Shown here piece by piece: positions 1 to 9,298 of a DNA stretch of 64,000 bases (the stretch's first letter is position 1; every line of letters begins with the position of its first letter). The position numbers and the translations under genes were made by a program. The stretch is from Spirochaetia bacterium (GTDB lineage: Bacteria > Spirochaetota > Spirochaetia > DSM-27196 > Salinispiraceae). The stretch is taken from contig JBBRCZ010000001.1 in NCBI GenBank assembly GCA_038204425.1, positions 160,001 through 224,000 of the forward strand, given 5' to 3'. A model generated the notes under the pieces. The model worked only from the letters and a program-made list of their open reading frames with translations. It had not been told where the DNA came from and did not search any database.

Positions 1-501
1 ACCGTGACTTTTAGCTATCAGATTCCTCAAAAATACTTTGATATTGCCAAAATAGAAACGAATTCCAACAGTGCCCTACTACCCTTAGAAAAATCTACAA
101 TTGAAGAATCCTTGCTTTCGTTTCCGGGTTTGGCTCTGCAAAACTGGCAACAAACCGTTGACAACGGTATCGTCAAGACTTTGTTTACCATAGCTTTTGA
201 CAATCCCGAGCATGTCTCTCCACTGTTAAACAATTGGGATACCAGCATTGAGAAGCAAGCCAATGGCAAGTATAAATTTGTTCAAAAACTTCGACAAGCC
301 AGCATAGCGGCTGCCGAGTCTGAGAAGTTCGCTGGCTTTTTTAAGGGAATGAAACTGCTTACTTCGCTAACTAGTCAGACGGTTCATGAGAGAACTGGAG
401 ACTTTCAAGTGGGGAGTAGTAGTTCTAAGTCCACCTTCGTCCTTACTGAAGCAGAGGTGTTCTCAAGCTCAGCCGCTAAAGAATGGATAATCATTTATTG
501 A
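1..501 (+). CDS. Hypothetical protein, 5'-truncated by the window edge
   Basis: Open frame from the window start to TGA at 499-501; no recognisable motif. Confidence 0.6.
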   Translation, partial: TVTFSYQIPQKYFDIAKIETNSNSALLPLEKSTIEESLLSFPGLALQNWQQTVDNGIVKTLFTIAFDNPEHVSPLLNNWDTSIEKQANGKYKFVQKLRQASIAAAESEKFAGFFKGMKLLTSLTSQTVHERTGDFQVGSSSSKSTFVLTEAEVFSSSAAKEWIIIY

Positions 502-569
502 TTTTTCACTTTTTTTCTGTTGCGAAATAAGTATCATTTAAACTAAAATTGACACTACAGGGGGCATCC

Positions 570-1172
570 ATGGAACACCAGCTGCAAGAGCTGATAGAAA
601 AAATCAAGCGCGAGGGGTACGAGAGTGCAGATGTGCAGGCTCGTCAACACATAGACGCAGCGCAGACAGAAGCAAAAAATATACTTGATGATGCCAACAA
701 AAAAGCAGCTCAACTTGTTGAGAAAGCAAAAAAAGAAATAGAACAGTTGCAAGATTCTAGCAAAGCGGCACTTAAGCAAGCAGCGCGTGACGTCAGTATT
801 ACCGTGCATAAGCAACTTCAAGCGCTTTTTGGCAAACTTTTGAAGGACGCTGTTGCCGCTAAGTATGACAACGCTGTATTGGAAGAAGCAATAGTGGCCT
901 TGGTAAAAAATTGGGCCAACTTGCCCGAAGGTGCTGAGATTCAAGTTTCAGCAGAAATTCAGAAGAAGCTTCAGGATCTTGTAAAATCAAAAGTCCCTGA
1001 GCTCGCAAAAAAAGGCATTAGTATCAATGCATCACCGGATGTAAGCCTTGGTTTTAGGATTCAAGAAAAAGATGGGAATTCTTACTTTGACTTTGGCGTC
1101 GAAACCGTAGCCGAAGCCTTGTCCGCTTTTGTAAATCCTTTGCTTGCAGAACTTTTGACGGCAAAGGACTAA
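570..1172 (+). CDS. ntpE: V-type ATP synthase subunit E
   Basis: MEHQLQELIEKIKREG N-terminus, long coiled coil and GFRI..D motif; first gene of the V-ATPase cluster; ATG 570 follows a G-rich RBS. Confidence 0.85.
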   Translation: MEHQLQELIEKIKREGYESADVQARQHIDAAQTEAKNILDDANKKAAQLVEKAKKEIEQLQDSSKAALKQAARDVSITVHKQLQALFGKLLKDAVAAKYDNAVLEEAIVALVKNWANLPEGAEIQVSAEIQKKLQDLVKSKVPELAKKGISINASPDVSLGFRIQEKDGNSYFDFGVETVAEALSAFVNPLLAELLTAKD

Positions 1173-1175
1173 GGT

Positions 1176-1742
1176 GTGGAGCAGTACTATTTCCTGCTAT
1201 CGAGTCTTCCGGCATTAAGTCCCGAAGCAAGTCAAGTTATTTCTCTTGAGGATTTCTTGGCGACTTCTCGTGACTGGCTGAACGAGCGCGATTGGCTCTT
1301 GTTGACCGAGGCAAAGCTAGAACCTGTATATACAGATAATAGCAATAGGGTTGTTTCTTCTTGGTTGGCTTGGGAAAGTGGCCTTCGCAATGCCATGCTC
1401 AGGATCCGCAGTTCCAAGTCTTCACAGGACGCAGGTCAATATGCGCGCAAGGATCAGCAGGGGAATGACTTCCAAGCTTTCCATGAAGTCAGCGAGCTGG
1501 CAAGAACTGCGAGCAATGCCTCAAATCCTTTAGAAGCAGAACTTTTACTTTTAAAAGGTCGATGGAACTTCTTGGATTCACTTGAGCTGGGTCATTTCTT
1601 TGATATTGAAAGACTTATTGTTTATAAATTAAAAGTATTGCTCCTGCAAAGGAAGAATCAAATGACAGTTGCGCTTGGGCAAGAACATTATCGTTTGGCC
1701 TATGAGGCAGTAGCTGCAACGTTTCCGCTTAATTTGGAATAA
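1176..1742 (+). CDS. DUF2764 family protein (V-ATPase subunit C-like of spirochaete/chlamydial operons)
   Basis: YYFLLSSLPAL N-terminus and HFFDIERLIVYKLK motif; lies between subunits E and A. Confidence 0.8.
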   Translation: MEQYYFLLSSLPALSPEASQVISLEDFLATSRDWLNERDWLLLTEAKLEPVYTDNSNRVVSSWLAWESGLRNAMLRIRSSKSSQDAGQYARKDQQGNDFQAFHEVSELARTASNASNPLEAELLLLKGRWNFLDSLELGHFFDIERLIVYKLKVLLLQRKNQMTVALGQEHYRLAYEAVAATFPLNLE

Positions 1743-1759
1743 GGAATGGAGTATTCGGC

Positions 1760-3532
1760 ATGATAGATACCCAAGGACTCGTAGTTGGTGTCAATGGCAA
1801 CATGGTTACGGTAGAGGTGCAAGGCGATGTATCTCTAAACGAAGTTGGATATGTCCTCGTCAAGGATGCAAAGCTTAAGGCCGAGGTCATCCGAGTTCGA
1901 GGTAAATTAACAGAAATGCAAGTTTTTGAAATTACCACCGGGATTGGCATAGGTGACAAGGTAGAGTTTACCGGCGAGCTTTTGACGGTAGAACTGGGAC
2001 CAGGCCTGCTTAGTCAAGTTTACGATGGACTCCAGAATCCCTTGCCTGAACTTGCACAAAAGTGTGGTTTCTTCTTGGAACGTGGAATGTACATGAAGTC
2101 CTTGGAACGAAGCAAAAAGTGGAAGTTTACTCCAATTGCTAAGGTCGGAGACATCGTTAAACGTTCAGACAGTATTGGCTGGGTTCCAGAAGGTATTTTT
2201 GAGCATCAGATTATGGTACCTTTTGGTCTCTATGACACCTATACTGTAGTTTCAATTGCCAAGCCAGGCGACTATACGGTTGAAGAAGAGATTGCGCAGA
2301 TTAAAGATAGTCAAGGAAAGATTTCAAAGTTGACTATGAAGTTCACATGGCCAGTAAAGAAAGCAATAGATTCCTACAGCAAACGACTACGACCAAGCAA
2401 ACAAATGGTTACCAAAGTACGTATTATTGATACTTTTTTGCCGGTAGCTCTGGGTGGAACTTACTGTATCCCAGGCCCATTTGGTGCAGGAAAAACGGTT
2501 TTGCAACAGGTCACCAGCCGCAACGCAGAAGTTGATATTGTAATCGTCGCGGCTTGCGGTGAGCGCGCCGGCGAAGTCGTAGAAACCCTAAAAGAGTTTC
2601 CTGAGCTCATGGACCCCCGAACCGGAAGAACCTTGATGGAAAGAACCGTTATTATTTGTAATACCTCTTCTATGCCAGTAGCCGCCCGCGAAGCTTCAGT
2701 CTATACGGCAGTAACGCTCGCAGAATACTACCGGCAAATGGGTCTTCACGTACTTTTGCTTGCCGATTCAACCAGCCGATGGGCTCAAGCCATGCGTGAA
2801 ATGTCAGGCCGCCTAGAAGAAATACCAGGAGAAGAAGCCTTTCCAGCTTACTTGGAATCTACGATAGCGAGTTTTTATGAACGAGCGGGTATCGTGGAAC
2901 TTAAGAATGGAAAGATTGGTTCGGTTACGATTGGTGGAACGGTATCGCCGGCAGGTGGTAACTTTGAAGAACCGGTAACTCAAGCCACCTTAAAAGTTGT
3001 TGGTGCTTTTCACGGACTTTCCAGAGACCGCGCAAACGCTAGAAAGTTTCCATCGGTGCACCCACTGGAAAGTTGGTCAAAGTACAGTGGTTGTATAGAC
3101 AATGAAAAAACCGACTACGCTCGAGGCCTGCTTTTCCGCGGCAACGAGGTAGGTCAAATGATGAAAGTTGTTGGCGAAGAAGGAACAAGTCTGCAAGACT
3201 ACTTAGTATTTGAGAAATCAGAGTTCTTCGACCGAGTTTATCTGCAACAAGATTCGTTTGATCCAGTAGATGCTTCGGTGTCAGTTGAAAGACAACGCTA
3301 TGTATTTGATCTATTGTTTGAGATTGTAACCGCAGAGTTTAGTCTAAAGAACGCCCGCGAAGCGCGAGAGTACTTTAACAAGCTTCGTCAGTTATTCCTT
3401 GACTATAACGGTTCCGAATGGAATTCCGACCGCTTTAAACAATCAGAAACCGAAATTAGATCGTTGTTGAATGACAAGAAAACTGGTGTCGTCCACGATG
3501 CGCGCGCTCTCGTTCAGAACATTAGTGCATAA
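1760..3532 (+). CDS. ntpA: V-type ATP synthase subunit A
   Basis: Walker A GPFGAGKT, CGERAGE, NTSSMPVAARE and PGEEAFPAYL motifs. Confidence 0.97.
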   Translation: MIDTQGLVVGVNGNMVTVEVQGDVSLNEVGYVLVKDAKLKAEVIRVRGKLTEMQVFEITTGIGIGDKVEFTGELLTVELGPGLLSQVYDGLQNPLPELAQKCGFFLERGMYMKSLERSKKWKFTPIAKVGDIVKRSDSIGWVPEGIFEHQIMVPFGLYDTYTVVSIAKPGDYTVEEEIAQIKDSQGKISKLTMKFTWPVKKAIDSYSKRLRPSKQMVTKVRIIDTFLPVALGGTYCIPGPFGAGKTVLQQVTSRNAEVDIVIVAACGERAGEVVETLKEFPELMDPRTGRTLMERTVIICNTSSMPVAAREASVYTAVTLAEYYRQMGLHVLLLADSTSRWAQAMREMSGRLEEIPGEEAFPAYLESTIASFYERAGIVELKNGKIGSVTIGGTVSPAGGNFEEPVTQATLKVVGAFHGLSRDRANARKFPSVHPLESWSKYSGCIDNEKTDYARGLLFRGNEVGQMMKVVGEEGTSLQDYLVFEKSEFFDRVYLQQDSFDPVDASVSVERQRYVFDLLFEIVTAEFSLKNAREAREYFNKLRQLFLDYNGSEWNSDRFKQSETEIRSLLNDKKTGVVHDARALVQNISA

Positions 3533-3542
3533 GGGGTAGTTC

Positions 3543-4847
3543 ATGCAGAAGGTATACTCACGAATCGAATCAATCTCCGGAAACGTTATCACGGTTAGTG
3601 CTAGCGGAATAAGGTACAAAGATCTTGCTCTGGTTAGCACTGCGTTTGGAAAGTCCTTGGCAGAAGTTATTCGCCTCAAAGACGACAAGGTTAGTTTGCA
3701 GGTCTATGCCGGTGGACGAGGTATTTCTACCGGTGACGAAGTGCGCTTTCTCGGTCGATCAATGCAAGTATCTTTCTCAGAGAATCTGTTGGGAAGGATC
3801 TTTGACGGATCGGCACGACCTCGCGATGGTGGGCCAAGTTTGGAAGAAAACTTGATTGAGATCGGTGGGCCGTCGGTAAACCCAGCTAAACGAATAATTC
3901 CAAGAAATATGATTAGAACAGGCATTCCGATGATCGACGTCTTCAATACCTTGGTAGAAAGTCAAAAACTTCCAATCTTTTCAGTGTCGGGCGAACCATA
4001 TAACCAACTGCTTGCTCGTATTGCTATGCAAGCCGAAGTCGACCTGATAATTCTTGGTGGTATAGGTCTCAAATATGACGACTATCTTTCCTTTAGAGAA
4101 ACGCTTGAGTCCGGTGGCGCCATGAGTAGGACAATATTCTTTGTTCATACTGCCGCTGACCCAATAGTAGAGGCGCTTTTGGTCCCGGATATTTCTTTGG
4201 CTGTTGCCGAGAAGTTTGCTTTGCAAGGTAAGCGTGTGCTTGTCTTGTTAACGGACATGACCAACTTCGCCGATGCCATGAAGGAAATTGCTATAACCAT
4301 GGAACAGGTTCCTTCTAACCGCGGTTACCCTGGTGACTTGTATAGCCAGCTTGCCAGTCGCTATGAAAAAGCTGTTGACTTTGAAGGAGCAGGTTCTATC
4401 ACAATTCTTGGTGTAACTAGCATGCCAGGTGATGATGTTACCCATCCTGTTCCCGACAACACAGGTTACATCACTGAAGGACAATACTATTTGAGAAATG
4501 GTCGCATTGAACCTTTTGGTTCACTAAGTCGGCTCAAGCAGATGGTCAACGGCAAAACTCGGGACGACCATCGGGCAATCATGGATTCAATGATTACACT
4601 TTATGCAAAATACAAAGAGTCCTTAGAAAAACGCTCAATGGGCTTTCAAATGACCGAATGGGACCAGAAGTTGATCAAGTACGGTGAAACCTTTGAGGCA
4701 AAACTCATGGACTTGAGTGTCAATATTCCATTGGAACAGGCCCTTGATCTTGGTTGGGCTATACTTGCTGACTGTTTTGATCCAGAAGAAACAGGTCTGC
4801 GAAGCAATCTTTTGAAGGAATTTTGGCCCGTTAAAGAGGTTGTTTAA
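3543..4847 (+). CDS. ntpB: V-type ATP synthase subunit B
   Basis: [19 protein letters not shown] and [14 protein letters not shown] motifs. Confidence 0.97.
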   Translation: MQKVYSRIESISGNVITVSASGIRYKDLALVSTAFGKSLAEVIRLKDDKVSLQVYAGGRGISTGDEVRFLGRSMQVSFSENLLGRIFDGSARPRDGGPSLEENLIEIGGPSVNPAKRIIPRNMIRTGIPMIDVFNTLVESQKLPIFSVSGEPYNQLLARIAMQAEVDLIILGGIGLKYDDYLSFRETLESGGAMSRTIFFVHTAADPIVEALLVPDISLAVAEKFALQGKRVLVLLTDMTNFADAMKEIAITMEQVPSNRGYPGDLYSQLASRYEKAVDFEGAGSITILGVTSMPGDDVTHPVPDNTGYITEGQYYLRNGRIEPFGSLSRLKQMVNGKTRDDHRAIMDSMITLYAKYKESLEKRSMGFQMTEWDQKLIKYGETFEAKLMDLSVNIPLEQALDLGWAILADCFDPEETGLRSNLLKEFWPVKEVV

Positions 4848-4849
4848 TA

Positions 4850-5452
4850 ATGGCGGCGGTAAAGCTTACCAAAAACGAACTTAAGAAAGAAAAAGACTCT
4901 CTAAAGCGTTACCAACGCTATTTGCCAACACTTCAGCTTAAGAAGCAGCAATTGCAAATGGTCTTGCGGCAAATTGAGCAGCAAGTGAAGGTGCTTAGAG
5001 CCCAACAGCAACTACTTGTCGATCAAGCCAACAATTGGGTTGCAGTATTTGGCGAAGATTTACACCCTGAGCAGTACCTCACGATCAAAGAAATAACTAG
5101 TACACGTGGTAATATTGCAGGAATAGACATTCCCGTATTTAAAGACTTAATTTTTCAACAGGCAAGCTATGATCTATTTGAGCTCCCCTTGTGGATTGAT
5201 GAAGGATTGGAATTGATCAAAAAAGTACTAAGGTTTGATGCCGAACTAAAAGTTTTGGATCGTCAGAATGACTTAGTTTCTCATGAGCTAAGGATTACTT
5301 CACAAAGGGTCAACCTCTTCGAAAAGGTCAAAATACCTGATACCAAAAACAACATTCGCAAAATTCAAATCTACCTTGGTGATCAACAAACAGCAGCTGT
5401 AGTAAGAGGAAAAATGGCCAAGAACAACCTCTTGAAGGGAGTCGCTCAATGA
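4850..5452 (+). CDS. ntpD: V-type ATP synthase subunit D
   Basis: LTKNEL..LPTLQLKK and TSQRVNLFEKVKIP motifs. Confidence 0.95.
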   Translation: MAAVKLTKNELKKEKDSLKRYQRYLPTLQLKKQQLQMVLRQIEQQVKVLRAQQQLLVDQANNWVAVFGEDLHPEQYLTIKEITSTRGNIAGIDIPVFKDLIFQQASYDLFELPLWIDEGLELIKKVLRFDAELKVLDRQNDLVSHELRITSQRVNLFEKVKIPDTKNNIRKIQIYLGDQQTAAVVRGKMAKNNLLKGVAQ

Positions 5453-7290
5453 TTGTGGCCATGAAACACTTGACGGTCTTGGCAATTGCAGGTCAAAAAA
5501 AACAAGCAGTGCGTGACCTTGAGCAGCTTGGCGTATTGCACGTCGAGATCAATGCCGTTACCAGCAATGATATTGAGGTGCTCAAGCAAAAAGAATCCCA
5601 GTACCGACAAGTAATTGCCCTAATCGTTCAAAACTCGCCTAAAAAGCCAAAAAAGCCTAGTGCCGTTGAGCAGAAATTTGATGATCTGGACTTGGAAATT
5701 GTTGAACTACTAAAGCGAGGCGAGGCTCTAAAGAACGCGCGAGATGCAAACGAAAGAGTTGTCAAAGAAGTCGAACGACTTTCTGCATGGGGACAGTTTG
5801 ATCCAAAGACCTTGTCTTTTTTAAAAGAAAAAGGCTTTGAGCTTACTCTTGCCGTCCTAAGTGCGAGCGATGAGAAGCAGATAAAGGGGCAGGCCACTAA
5901 TCTCATCGTGGGCCGTCCAAAAGGTAAGCTTCTAATTGCAAATCTTGATAGTGGCCTGACCTTGCCAGTGCAAGCTGAGCGCGTTGTGTATCCTGAGCTT
6001 TCGCTCAACGAATTTACAGCGCTTGATGCCCAACAAAAAATAGAGATGAAACAAATCCAAGCTGAGATAGCCTCAAAATCAGCTATCATCCCGCACCTTG
6101 AAGCACGCATTGATGCAAATGAGCATTTGCTTGTGGTAGCCAGTGTGGAAGCGAGCTTGGACTCTCAGGAAAAATTGGTGCTCGCTTCTGGTTTTATGCC
6201 AGTCACCAAAGTGGATTTGGTAAAGGCTTGGGCTCATGAGAAAGCTTGGGGTATAGTTCTGCGCGATCCAATAGCTGGAGAAAGAGTTCCAACTGTACTT
6301 AAGAACAAAAAACCTTTTGGGTTGATTAAACCTGTCTTGGATTTTCTTGGTACTTTGCCGGGATATGAAGAGCGAGATATAAGCCCCTATTTTCTTCTAT
6401 TCATGATCATTTTCTTTGCGATGATTATTGGGGACGCGGTCTATGGCTTGTTGCTTCTGGGCATATCGATTCTTGTGGCTATCAAAAGCATTTTTTCCAG
6501 AAAGCCAGTTCCAGCGGCCATCAAGCTCTTGGCAGTCTTTAGTGTTGCCACTACCATTTGGGGGGCAATGAACGGAACATGGCTTGGTTTGGAGTCGGTA
6601 AAGCAAATACCGTTCTTTAACTACTTTATGATTCCCGCCTTCGTTAGCCCAGAGACAGGAACACGTACTTTGATGTTCTTATGTTTTACGATTGGCTTGG
6701 TTCATTTGACCTTGGCACATCTACTTAAGTTCATCAGGGAAATCAGGCGGGCGCCTCATATCCACGCCTTGGCCCAAATTGGGTGGACCTTGGTGATAAA
6801 TGCCTCATTTTTCTTAGTGCTTAGTGTAGTTATTGACCCGAAGCTCTATCCAGTTCCTGTTTTTGTGCCTTGGTTTATTGGTATAGGGATGGGACTAGTT
6901 TTTCTTTTTGAAAGCCAAACCGGTGATGGGTTCTTTAAGGGCGTCCTACGAGCCTTTGGGGGAGTTATTACCACCGCACTCAACGGAGTAAGTGCCTTTG
7001 CTGATGTGATTAGCTATGTGAGGCTGTTTGCAGTGGGGCTTGCCGGAATTGCTATTGAAACTAGTTTCAATAGTATGGCAGCTCCAATGCTCAATAGTGG
7101 TGATGCCGCGGTGATTGGGGGTGTTTTAATCATGCTCTTCGGTCATAGTCTCAATTTGGTGATGGGTGCACTCTCGGTCATCGTCCATGGAATAAGGTTG
7201 AATATGCTGGAGTTTTCTAACCACATTGGACTTGAGTGGTCGGGATTCAACTACAAACCCTTTAAGGAAGCTGGCGCAGAAAAATCTTGA
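5449..7290 (+). CDS. ntpI: V-type ATP synthase subunit I (a)
   Basis: Soluble N-terminus, then FAMIIGDAVYG, DVISYVRLFAVGLA and VHGIRLNMLEF membrane motifs. Confidence 0.95.
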   Translation: MIVAMKHLTVLAIAGQKKQAVRDLEQLGVLHVEINAVTSNDIEVLKQKESQYRQVIALIVQNSPKKPKKPSAVEQKFDDLDLEIVELLKRGEALKNARDANERVVKEVERLSAWGQFDPKTLSFLKEKGFELTLAVLSASDEKQIKGQATNLIVGRPKGKLLIANLDSGLTLPVQAERVVYPELSLNEFTALDAQQKIEMKQIQAEIASKSAIIPHLEARIDANEHLLVVASVEASLDSQEKLVLASGFMPVTKVDLVKAWAHEKAWGIVLRDPIAGERVPTVLKNKKPFGLIKPVLDFLGTLPGYEERDISPYFLLFMIIFFAMIIGDAVYGLLLLGISILVAIKSIFSRKPVPAAIKLLAVFSVATTIWGAMNGTWLGLESVKQIPFFNYFMIPAFVSPETGTRTLMFLCFTIGLVHLTLAHLLKFIREIRRAPHIHALAQIGWTLVINASFFLVLSVVIDPKLYPVPVFVPWFIGIGMGLVFLFESQTGDGFFKGVLRAFGGVITTALNGVSAFADVISYVRLFAVGLAGIAIETSFNSMAAPMLNSGDAAVIGGVLIMLFGHSLNLVMGALSVIVHGIRLNMLEFSNHIGLEWSGFNYKPFKEAGAEKS

Positions 7291-7327
7291 TTATAGTAGT
7301 CAAAAGAATCAAAAAAGGAGATCGAAG

Positions 7328-7759
7328 ATGGATTTTGGTAACATCGGTGTAGGCGCGGTACTTGCTATCGCAGCTGTTGGTTCGGCTTTGGGTGTTGGAG
7401 CTGCAGGACAAGCAGCAATTGGTGCTTGGAAAAAGTGCTATTTGCAAAACAGAAACGCTCCATTTCTCTTGGTGGCATTCGTTGGTGCCCCACTCACGCA
7501 AACAATTTACGGTTTCATTTTGATGAATACCATGAAAGCCGCTGTAGGCAAGGTTGATTCGTGGCTATTGCTTGGGGCAGGAGTACTTGGCGGTATAGCT
7601 ATTGCTTCGTCCGCTTATTTCCAAGGAAAAGCCGGTGCTGTAGCGTCCGATGCCTTGGCCGAAACAGGCAAGGGATTCGGAAACTATATTCTGGTACTTG
7701 GACTTGCAGAAACGATTGCCTTGTTCGTCATGGTTTTTGTTATGCAATTACTTGGATAA
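7328..7759 (+). CDS. ntpK: V-type ATP synthase subunit K (c), four transmembrane helices
   Basis: ATG 7328 after AAGGAG; APLTQTIYG, YFQG and LAETIALF motifs. Confidence 0.95.
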   Translation: MDFGNIGVGAVLAIAAVGSALGVGAAGQAAIGAWKKCYLQNRNAPFLLVAFVGAPLTQTIYGFILMNTMKAAVGKVDSWLLLGAGVLGGIAIASSAYFQGKAGAVASDALAETGKGFGNYILVLGLAETIALFVMVFVMQLLG

Positions 7760-7779
7760 AAGATTTTTTTGAGAGACAT

Positions 7780-7816
7780 TGGCAGCGGATCTAGCAGGTC
7801 CGTTGCCATTTTTTTT
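7780..7816 (+). terminator. Rho-independent terminator of the V-ATPase operon
   Basis: TGGCAGCGGATCT-AGC-AGGTCCGTTGCCA stem followed by T8. Confidence 0.85.
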
Positions 7817-7849
7817 GTGATTGACCAAAAAGATACCGATAATCAGCGT

Positions 7850-9214
7850 ATGTTTTTTTCTAATTCTAAACTTAGAAAACTAGTCCTGCTTTTTGGACTG
7901 GTGTTTTTTTTACAAACCTTTTTCTTGGGCTCTTTGTTTGCGCAATCCGTATCTGCGCGAAGCAGTGGAGCGGTTGGCATCGACAGCTTAATCAATGAGG
8001 GAAATAGAGACCAACTTTTGACTAGTCTCAAGGATAAACCTGGTCCACTACTTCTATCCCTTGGTCGTAAAGCAAGGCAAGAGGGTAAGTTTTCCGATAG
8101 CATACTTTATTTTAAGGCATCACTTAGGTCTGAATATGGGGAAAGACGATTTGAAGAAGAGCTGCAAGCAACAGTCGCAGAGGTAAACAAGATCCTGAAA
8201 ATCGAAGTCCGTCAAACGCTTGTATCTTATTTGGACGCTAAAAGCAAACAGTCGATAGAGCTTACCTTAAGAGACAGCAATGTGGATCCGGGGGCATACA
8301 AAAAAAGGTTTGAACTTCAAATCAGATTGTTCTTTACGAGAGCTTTGCCCAATGAACTTCGGCGCGGTCTTTTTGAGAGTGCAGGCAGACACCTAAACGC
8401 TGAACTAAAAAAGAAGTTTCCAAAGAATCCAATGAAGTTTTTTGGAAATCAGGGCAGGTACTATATAGAAGGCTACTTTAATAGTGAGTACCCTAGCATT
8501 CTTCCTATGGCTCACTTTGAGCTGGCTAGTCTATACAAAGAATACAAAGATTTCATCTTAGCTGACTTTCATTTTAAGCAAGCGCTCGACTACCGTGCCT
8601 ATTTTGAAGTTCCGGAAACGGTTTACTCAGCTTGGTATAAATTGGCCGAAATGAGCCGATTTTCTGGAAAAGCAAATGACTACGAAAAGTATCTTAGGCA
8701 GATAGTAGCAGCAGATAGAGACTATTTTGATTCAGAAGGAAGAGAAACAACTACACAAAAGGTAATTTTGCGCTCGTTTCGCATGGGTAGCCAAGGATTG
8801 GACAAAGTAGTTCAACTCTATCGAATTAAGGATGATTTTAGCAGGGATGCACACAGACTGCTTGGCTTGCTCTATTTGGAACGAAATAGTAGTGAGCAGG
8901 CCTTGCCCCATCTGCTGTTTGCGGTAATTAAACCCTTGTCGAGAATAATTGATGAAGTCAAACAAGAAGTCTATGGTTTCCAATTTAGAGATCTAAGTCA
9001 ACTCTTTTTAGAGATTTCTGACTATCCAGACTTGCTCGAATATGTTAGCCAAGCGCATCTATATGAAGCTTTGTATGCCCTTGCTGTGACTAGTTATGCT
9101 TATGAGCGCAAATTGCTCAACGTGTCTAAATCTATCTTGAGTTTTTTGGCAAATCAGCCTTCGGCAGGAAACCATTCAATCAACGCTCGGGAAGTACTAA
9201 AACAGTTCAGATAG
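7850..9214 (+). CDS. Exported TPR-like hypothetical protein
   Basis: Hydrophobic signal (LVLLFGLVFFLQTFFLGSLFA-Q) and helical TPR-like repeats; ATG 7850 preferred because the longer ORF start overlaps the terminator. Confidence 0.65.
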   Translation: MFFSNSKLRKLVLLFGLVFFLQTFFLGSLFAQSVSARSSGAVGIDSLINEGNRDQLLTSLKDKPGPLLLSLGRKARQEGKFSDSILYFKASLRSEYGERRFEEELQATVAEVNKILKIEVRQTLVSYLDAKSKQSIELTLRDSNVDPGAYKKRFELQIRLFFTRALPNELRRGLFESAGRHLNAELKKKFPKNPMKFFGNQGRYYIEGYFNSEYPSILPMAHFELASLYKEYKDFILADFHFKQALDYRAYFEVPETVYSAWYKLAEMSRFSGKANDYEKYLRQIVAADRDYFDSEGRETTTQKVILRSFRMGSQGLDKVVQLYRIKDDFSRDAHRLLGLLYLERNSSEQALPHLLFAVIKPLSRIIDEVKQEVYGFQFRDLSQLFLEISDYPDLLEYVSQAHLYEALYALAVTSYAYERKLLNVSKSILSFLANQPSAGNHSINAREVLKQFR

Positions 9215-9298
9215 TTGGTTCCTTTAAGGTGCTATTGCCGCCCAACAGGTGGTTTACGACTTGCAATAAGCCAACCTTTGGCATAATTTTATGCGACA

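Noticed and set aside
7831..7843. ACCGATAA (also ACCGATAC at 37454) as sigma28 -10 boxes
   Set aside because: No TAAA -35 at the expected spacing; better explained as sigma70 -10 context
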